Source of the DNA: the human T2T-CHM13v2.0 reference genome, Homo sapiens
Length of the DNA stretch: 64,000 bases
Direction: 5' to 3' (one strand)
Assembly (NCBI RefSeq): GCF_009914755.1
Contig: NC_060925.1
This document shows, piece after piece, positions 56,204-64,000 of the stretch (within the stretch, counting starts at the first letter, position 1; each line of letters opens with the position of its first letter). Below the pieces are notes generated by a model. It had not been told where the DNA came from, ran no database searches, and saw only the letters and a program-made list of their open reading frames with translations. The position numbers and the translations under genes are program-made.

Positions 56204-57302
56204 AACCCTGGAGACCCTTAATTCATTTTTGTGCCCATATGGAGACATCAATATTGAGGAGCTTAAAGGATTTAACATGGAAGTGATCACTTTTTATCCT
56301 GCCTAAGATGGAAATAGGAAAACAGGTGGTGATTCCTAGTCATCAAATAAAGCTGCGTCCTTAATAAGAGAACTATGGAAATGCCCACTCTTTATTCCCT
56401 AAAGTTCCACTTGGTAATTGACTGCCATTTAATAAAATGAGTTTGTAATTATATATGGATTTGGCTAGTTGTTTTTTTTTCTTTTTCTTTGATGAACCCT
56501 CTAGGCCTACAGAATAATCTATTCCGAAGTAATCTTTCAACCGCAAGTTTTCTATCAGTAAGAATTTGGCAGAATTGTTGCAAACTCTAGTATTTAGGTT
56601 ACACATAATTGTCATTAAAGGGTAATGAAATTTATCATTATAACTATCAAGTTATAACTGAACATTATAGGATTCTAAATGGATATTACCTGGAAGGAAA
56701 TAAGACATGATCTTGGTCATATCAACAGTTAGATCATCCAAATAACAATGAGTCTAATAGGAGATATTCAACCAGTGCAAATCTCACAAGGTCACCCCAC
56801 ATATATCCAAGAATGAACAATTAAAATATCTGCTAACACTTAATATGCAGGTAGTGGAGAAATGTAAACTTAAGAGAAGTTTATTGAGTCAAGTAATTTG
56901 TGTTGATTTACCCACCATTTTTCAGATGTTTGCAGACAATTTAATTCTGGTCTTTGGGAGTTATACCCTCAAATTTCCTAAGGGGTAGGAGTAGGAGTTG
57001 GGAATATCTTTCGTTCTTTGGAGCTTGGCATTGCTTATTTCCTTGATGGTTTGTTTGTTGTTCTGACCTAGTGCTCTAATTAGCTGTTGAAGGAAAAGGC
57101 TCTTTAGGGAAGTCACTGAGTGAGGTGTAACTAAGCCCTGACAAAAGGGGTTAGCCTGTGGCTGGTCAAAGTGGGATTAAAGTAGTGAGGAATCAACCTG
57201 AAAGTTTACAACATCAGTAAAAAGCATGTATGAGGGAATATCAGGGTATGGAAACTTCTCAAAGAAATGTTGATCAAAAGCTATGTAGTCTTTCATATTT
57301 CC

Positions 57303-57980
57303 TGTATCGTGCCAGTTATGAGGCTCTTGTCTCTCAGCTTCAAATGTACCCTTCCATATTCTGCTTTGTGATTTTGAAATTCTGCAAAACATATTTCTGC
57401 TTTGCCAGCAGGCTTTCTGTTAGACCCTGTCAATAAGAGGTGCTGGAAAAAGACAGTAAGGCTTGAGGAAGAACACATTCCTTTCTGCTCGTTACCTTAG
57501 CCTGTTTGTACTTCCTGTTCTTGTTACCGTTGTGTCAGCCATAATTTTTTTTCACCTCAGTAACAGCAGTTGATTTCAGCTTGCAATTTTTTCCAACACT
57601 CAGAGACAGAATCTGTTCTGCCACCCTTCGGAGGCACCAGCAACAGCTGACAGTGTCCATGAGAGGCCTGGATCCTAGTTCCCTGGACCCCCAACTCCAA
57701 GCAGAGACATCAGTGGTGGCTGAGCACTGTCCAATTAGAGGTCCATGTTCCAGTACTGTGGGGCCCTTTCTCCTAGATTTTATTCTTTAATTCCAACTCT
57801 TTTGTTTGTCTTCCCAGCTCTAGAAATAATACCTACTTCTGGAAATTGCCACTTCGAGGACACATTAGTTTTCCTTTTTGCATTTTTATTTTTCAATACT
57901 TAACAATTATTTACACTGAATTATCTTTATTAAAATAAGTGGTGTTTTTAATTCTGTGACTGGATGCTATAACTGATACA
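57303..57980 (+). mobile_element. Ancient ERVL-class solo LTR (LTR41/LTR33-like)
   Basis: Termini tgtatc...gataca (6-bp inverted repeat) flanked by ttcc on both sides. tgtctctcagcttcaaa...ctgcaaaacatatttctgctttgccagc resembles this LTR group. Family name uncertain. Confidence 0.6.
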
Positions 57981-58136
57981 TTCCTTGTCTATTACTCAAA
58001 ATGGCTTTTTTTTTTAAGAGGCTTTCCTCATTTGGGAGTAAACAATGAAGAAAATTAACAAAATAAAATATAGAATGCAGAAAGAAAAATAAAATTATAA
58101 AATCGTTTTGTTTCTTAGAAGATCATATATAGTTCT

Positions 58137-59094
58137 TGCGGGCGCACGGCACCAGGACTGGCAGGCAGCTCCACCTGCAGCCCCGGTGCAGGATCCACTG
58201 GGTGAAGCCAGCTGGGCTCCTGAATCTGGTGGGGATGTGGAGAACCTTTATGCCTAGCTCAGGGATTGTAAATACAGCAGTCGGCACTCTGTATCTAGCT
58301 CAAGGTTTGTAAACACACCAATCAGCACCCTGTGTCTAGCTCAGGGTTTGTGAAAGCACCAATCCACACTGTATCTAGCTACTCTGGTGGGGCCTTGGAG
58401 TACCTTTGTGTGGGACACTCTGTATCTAGCTAATCTGGTGGGGACTGGAGAACCTTTGTGCCTAGCTCGGGGATTGTAAACACACCAATCAGCGCCCTGT
58501 CAAAACAGAACACTCGGCCCTACCAATCAGCAGGATGTGGGTGGGTCCAGAAAAGAGAATAAAAGCAGGCTGCCCCAGCCAGCAGTGGCAACCCGTTTGG
58601 ATCCCCTTCCACACTGTGGAAGCTTTGTTCTTTCGCTCTTTGCAATAAATCTTGCTACTGCTCACCCTTTGGGTCCACACTGCCTTTATGAGCTGTAACA
58701 CTCACTGCGAAGGTCTGCAGCTTCACTCCTGAAGCCAGCCAGACCACGAGCCCACCGGGAGGAACGAACAATTCCAGACTTGCCGCCTTAAGAGCTGTAA
58801 CGCTCACCGCGAAGGTCTGCAGCTTCACTCCTGAAGCCAGCCAGACCACGAGCCCACCGGGAGGAACGAACAACTCCAGACGCGCCGCCTTAAGAGCTGT
58901 AACACTCACCGGGAAGGTCTGCAGCTTCACTCCTGAGCCAGCGAGACCACGAACCCACCAGAAGGAAGAAACTCTGAACACATCTGAACGTCAGAAGGAG
59001 CAAACTCCAGACGTGCCACCTTAAGAGCTGTAACACTCACTGCGAGGGTCCGCAGCTTCATTCTTGAAGTCAGTGAGACCAAGTTCCGGACACA
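58137..59094 (+). mobile_element. LTR12 (LTR12C-like, ERV9) solo LTR lacking its 5' U3
   Basis: U3 tctagct/caccaatcagc repeats, gagaataaaagc TATA-like box (58558), 102-bp U5 repeats, terminus ttccggacaca, 4-bp TSD ttct. Confidence 0.95.
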
Positions 59095-61091
59095 TTCTCA
59101 GGGCCAAAATGGCTGACTAGAAGCAGCTACAGTGTGTAGCTCTCAGGGAGAGGAAGGAAAGGGAAGAGTAAATACAGCACCTTCAACTGAAATATCCAGG
59201 TATTCACATTGGGACTGACCAGGGAAACAGCTGGACCCACAGAGAACGAAGAAAAGCAGGGCAGGGTGATGGCCTGCACGAGAGTGACACGGAGCCAAGG
59301 GAACCTCCCCCTCCCAGGGAAGTGGTGAGTGAATGTGCCAACCCGGAAAACCGTGCTTCTCTCATAGATCTTTGCAAGCCTCAAGTCAGGAGATACACTC
59401 CCAAACCCACTGCACCAGGGCCTTTGGTCTGACAGACAGAGCTATGTGGAGTCTCTGCAGAGCAGCTGCTGAGGCACACACAGAGATGCAGGAGCTTTAC
59501 ATACTCTGACCCTGGGACCCTTGGCAAAGGTGCCTGCCTCTCAGGCAAGGAGGGAAGTTGGATTCAGGAAGGGAACTGAATTCAGGAGGCCAAGCAGTGT
59601 AGGTCTGTGGGCTCCATTTCCACAGTGCCTCATAGGATAAGATCCACTGGCTTGGAATTCCAGCCAGGAACCTACCCTCCAAACACCCCCGCCCCACCCA
59701 CAACAGTTTTGCACCTACCTGGGATGTGACAGAGTTCCCGGGTTGGGAGTGTAGGGGCGGGAGGCCACCATCTTTGCAGTTTGGATAACTCAGCCTTTCC
59801 AGCTTGCAGGTTTAGGAAAGTCCAAACCAAACTGACTGAGGATGGAAGGGACCCTCCCCCAGCACAGCAGAGGTGCTCTACCTAAATGTGACCAGACTGC
59901 TTCTTTAAGCAGGATCCCCATCCATTCCTCATCTCAGGGCAGAGCCTCCCAACAAGGGCCTCCAGCTAGCCCCACCCATATTCTCCAGCAGACAAAGTTT
60001 TTATTTCTCCCTGGGATGGAGTGCCCAAGGGGAGAGGAGGGCCAACTTCTTTGTGTTTGGACAACTCAGCTGTTCCAGCCTGCAGACTTAGGAAAGTTCA
60101 AACCATCTGGGGGCAAAAGAGACTCCCCCAACCCCCAGCACAGCACATCTGCTCTACCAAAATGCAGCCAGACTGCTTCTTTAAGCAGGTCCCTGATCCA
60201 CTGCTTATCTCTGAGTAGGACCTCACAACTGTGGCCTCCAGCCACCCCTGCCCATATTTTCAGGCAGACAGTTTTGATTTATCCGTGGGATGGAGTGCCC
60301 AGGGGTAGGGACGGGCCACCATCTTTGCTGTTTGGGCAACTCAGCCATTCCAGCCTTTGGGCTTAGGAGAGTCCAAACTGCCCGCAGGTGGAAGTGGTAC
60401 CACAGCATGGCACAGCTGCTCTATGAAAGTGTGACCAGACTGCTTCCTTAGTGGGTCCCTGATCTGTTCATCCTCACTGAGCAGGACTTCCCAACTGGGC
60501 CCTCCAGCCACTCCCACCCACATTCTCTGGCTGACAGAGGTTTCAAAACTTCCTAGTATAGCATTCCTAAAGGGAGGGGTGGGCTACCATCTTTGCTGTG
60601 TCAGCAACTTAGCCATTCCAGCCTGTGGGCTTTGGTGAGCCTAACTGAAGGGGGAGAAGGGTATGATGGGAGGGAGGGGCAGAAATGGTGCCCCAGCAAA
60701 ACATGGCTGCTCTACTAAAGTGGGGCTAGGCTGCTTCTTTAAGCGGTTCCCTGATCCTGTTCCTCCTGGCTGCTGGGTGAGACCTTCCAACCAGGGTCTC
60801 CAGCCATCTCCTACAGGTACATCCCTGCTGGCAACAGGTGTGTACACTCCTGGGACAGAGTTCCCAGAGGGAGGGGCTGGCTACCATCTCTGCTGTTTTG
60901 CAGCCTTCACTGGTGATACGCCAGGTACTGGAAAATCTGTGGTGACTAGGGACTGGAGCAGACGCCCAGCAAACTTCAGCAACCTTATGGAAAAGTGGCC
61001 CAACTGTTAAAGAAAAACCAAAACCACAACAACAAAAAAAACTCATCCAAAGGCCAGCAACCTCAAAATGAAGGTAGATAAGCCCATAAAG

Positions 61092-62172
61092 ATGAGGAAG
61101 AATCCATGCAAGAACTCTGACAAGTCAAAAAGCCAGAGTACCCTCTCTCTTCCAAATGACCACATCACCTCTCCTGCAAGGGTTCAGAATGGGGCTGAGG
61201 CTGACATGGCTTAAACAACAGAAGTGGACTTCAGAATGTGGATGATATGGTTTGTCTGTTTCCCCACTCAAATCTCATCTTGAATTCCCATGTGTTGTGG
61301 CAGGGACCTAGTGGGAGGTAATTGAATCATGAGGCCAGGTCTTTCCCACGCTGTTCTCATAAGAATAAATCTCATGAGATCTGATGGTTTTATAAAGGGG
61401 AGTTTCCCCTGCACAAGCTCGCTTCCCTTGTCTGCCACCACGTGAGACATGCCTTTCACCTTCCGCCATGATTGTGAGGCTTCCCCAGCCATGTGGAGCT
61501 GTAAGTCCAATTGAACCTCTTTCTTTTGTAAATTGCTCAATCTTGAGTATGTCTCTATCAGCAGTGTGAAATGGACTAATACAGTGGATAAAAACAAACT
61601 TCACTGAGCTAAAGGAGCACATTCTAACTCAATGCAAGAAAGCTAAAAATCACGATAAAACATTGCAGGTGCTAACAAACAAAATATCCAGGATAGAGCT
61701 GAAAAACACAATACAATAATTTCATAATGCAATCAAAAGTATTAATAGCATAATAGATCAAGCAGGGGAAAGGATCTCAGAGCTTGAAGACTATCTTTCT
61801 GAAATAAGACAGGCAGACAAGAATAAAGAAAAAAGAATAAAAAAGAATGAACAAAACCTCCAAGAAATATGGGGTTATGTAAAGAGACCAAATCTATGAC
61901 TGATTGGTGTACCTGAAAGAGCTGGGGAGAATGGAAACAATTTGGAAAACATTTCAGGGTATTACCCATGAGAACTTCCCCAACCTTGCTAGACAGGCCA
62001 ACATTCAAATTTGGGAAATGCAGAGAACCCCAGTAATATATCTCATGAGAAGATCATCTCCAAGATGTGTAATCATCAGCTTATCCGAGGTTGAAATGAA
62101 AGAAAAAGTGTTAAGGGCAGCCACAGAGAAAGGCCTGGTCACCTACAATGGGAAGCCCATCAGACTAACAGA
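61092..62172 (+). pseudogene. Disrupted L1 ORF1
   Basis: ENFPNLARQANIQI...KPIRLT motif (ORF 61904). Interrupted by a THE1 LTR, stops and frameshifts, and truncated at 62172. Confidence 0.88.
61243..61583 (+). mobile_element. THE1 (THE1B/C-like) solo LTR in L1 ORF1
   Basis: tgatatggtttg...ggactaataca with perfect TSD gtgga (61238-61242, 61584-61588). Confidence 0.95.
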
Positions 62173-62494
62173 CCTGGCAAACCACTGGTTTAAGTCCAAG
62201 GGTCCAAAAGCTGAAGAACTTATAGTCCAATGTTCAAGGGCAGGAAGCATCCAGGAAGGAAGAAAGATGAAGGTTGGAAGACTTAACAGGTCTTCTCTTT
62301 TCATCTTCTCCCTGCTTTATTCTAGCTGCACTGGCAGTTGATTAGGTGGTGCCCACACACATTAAGGGTGGGTCTGCTTCTTCCAGTCCACTGACTCAAA
62401 TGTTAATCTCCTTTGGCAACACCATCACGGACACACCTATGAACAATACTTTGCATCCTTCAATCCAATCAAGTTGACAATATTAACCATCACA
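62173..62494 (-). mobile_element. MLT2A (HERV-L LTR) partial
   Basis: ccagtccactgactcaaatgttaatctcctttggcaacacc...caatccaatcaagttgaca...attaaccatcaca. Confidence 0.9.
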
Positions 62495-64000
62495 GGCAGT
62501 AATAAATAGCCTACCAATGAAAAAATGTCCAGGACCAGATGGATTCACAGCTGAATTCTACTAGATGTACAAAGAAGAGCTGGGACCATTCCTACTAGAA
62601 CTATTTCAAAAAATTGAAAAGGAAAGGCTTCTCCCTAACTCATTCTATGCCAAATGATGCCAAAACCTGGCAAAGACACAATGAAAAAAGAAAACTTTAG
62701 GCCAGCATCTTTGATGAGCATCAGTACAAAAATCCTCAATAAAGTACTGGCAAACCGAATCCAGCAGCACATCAAGAAGCTTATCCACCACAATCAAGTA
62801 GGCTTCATCCCCAGGGTGAAAGGTTGGTTCAACATACATAAATCAATAAATGTGATTCATCACATAAATAGAGCTAAAGACAAAAATTATATGATAATCT
62901 CAATAGATGCAGAAAATGCTTACAATACAATTCAACATCCCTTCATGTTAAAAATTCTCAATAAACTAGGTATTGAAGGAACATAACTCTCAATAATAAG
63001 CACCATCTATGACAAACCTACAGACAACATCATACTAAATGTTCAAGAACTGGAAGCATTCCCCTTGAAAACCAGCACAAGACAAGGATGCCCTCTCTCA
63101 CCACTTTTATTCAATATAGTATTGGAAGTTCTAGCCAGAGTAATCAGGCAAGAGAAAGGAAAAAAGGCATTCAAATAGAAAGAGAGGAAGTCAAACTATC
63201 TCTGTTTGCAGATGACATGATTCTGTGTAAAGAAAACTCCAAAGTCTTGGCCCCAAAACTTCTTCAGCTGACAGACTACTTCAACAAACTTTCAGGATAC
63301 AAAATCAGTGTACAAAAATCACTAGCATACCTATACACCAATAATAACCAAATTGAGAGCCAAATCAGAAAGGTGACCTCATTCAAAATTGTCACAAAAA
63401 CAAAAAAATATGTAGGAATACAGCTAATCAAGGAGGTGAAACATCTCTACAATGAGAATTACAAAACACTGCTCAAAGAAATCAGAGAAGATACAATTGA
63501 ATGGAAAAATACCCCATGCTCATTGATAGGAAAAATCAATATCATTATAATGGCTACATTGCTAAAGGCCATTTGTAGATTCAATGTTATTTTTATGAAA
63601 CTGCCAATGACATGCTTTACAGAACTAGAAAAAATTATTTTAAATTTTATATGGAAACAAAAAAGAGTAGAATAGCCCAGGCAATATTAAGCAAAAGGAA
63701 CAAAGCTGGAAGAATCACATTACCCAATGTCAAACTATACTACAAAGCTACAGTGACCAAAATGGCATGATACTGGTACAAAAACAGGCACATAGGCCAA
63801 TGGAACAGAATAGAGAGCTGAGAAATAAGGCCACACACCTACAACTACCAGATCTTTGACATAGCTGACAAAAACAAGCAATGGGGAAAGGACTTCCTAT
63901 TCAATAAATGGTGCTTGGATAACTAGCTTGCCATATGCAGAAGACTGAAGTTGGACCCTTTCCTTAGACCATATACCAAAATTAACTCAAAATGGATTAA
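62495..64000 (+). pseudogene. Disrupted L1 ORF2 (RT region and C-terminal part, endonuclease deleted)
   Basis: KENFRP, IISIDAE and SLFADDM motifs in ORFs 62654 and 63088, separated by stops and frameshifts. Confidence 0.93.

Larger units (their letters stand above)
59101..64000 (+). mobile_element. Primate L1 (L1PA13-16/L1PREC2-type), 5'-complete, inactive, continues beyond the window
   Basis: 5' start gggccaaaatggctgactagaagcagc, ~2-kb repeated 5'UTR, ORF1 ATG at 61092, ORF2 RT region from 62495. Confidence 0.92.

Noticed and set aside
58690-59060. 102-bp tandem repeats and overlapping 108-aa ORF
   Set aside because: Normal U5 repeats of LTR12, with no unique spacers, so not CRISPR or a coding repeat.
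59842-60366. 174-aa ATG ORF
   Set aside because: Falls in the GC-richer L1 5'UTR monomers. Its internal peptide repeat mirrors the DNA repeat.
62654-63675. Reverse transcriptase ORFs as an active RT
   Set aside because: Fragments of L1 ORF2 broken by stops and frameshifts, with the endonuclease deleted.

Overview
AT-rich, CpG-depleted mammalian genomic DNA, almost certainly human: it carries an AluYa5 and an AluYb8, both essentially human-specific, each with all diagnostic bases. I recognise no protein-coding exon, RNA gene or CpG island, so the window reads as intergenic or deep-intronic sequence and I cannot name the locus. Roughly half is a layered transposon record: L2 and MIR relics, old L1M pieces, 12 Alus, two near-full-length THE1 (MaLR) proviruses, solo LTRs (MER11, LTR12, MST, MLT1, MLT2A, THE1), Tigger3a and MER5 DNA transposons, and a dead L1PA13-16-type L1 running off the right edge. 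The longest ORFs in the track derive from repeats. I found no credible novel biological system. The best oddities are local structural events: an orphan 77-bp MER11 copy about 0.9 kb past a solo MER11 LTR, a perfect 79-bp duplication with a templated junction, an LTR12 missing its 5' U3 yet keeping TG...CA ends and a 4-bp TSD directly upstream of an L1 5' UTR, and a head-to-head pair of very young Alus. Subfamily names come from remembered consensus sequences, not a database search, and boundaries of ancient repeats are approximate.
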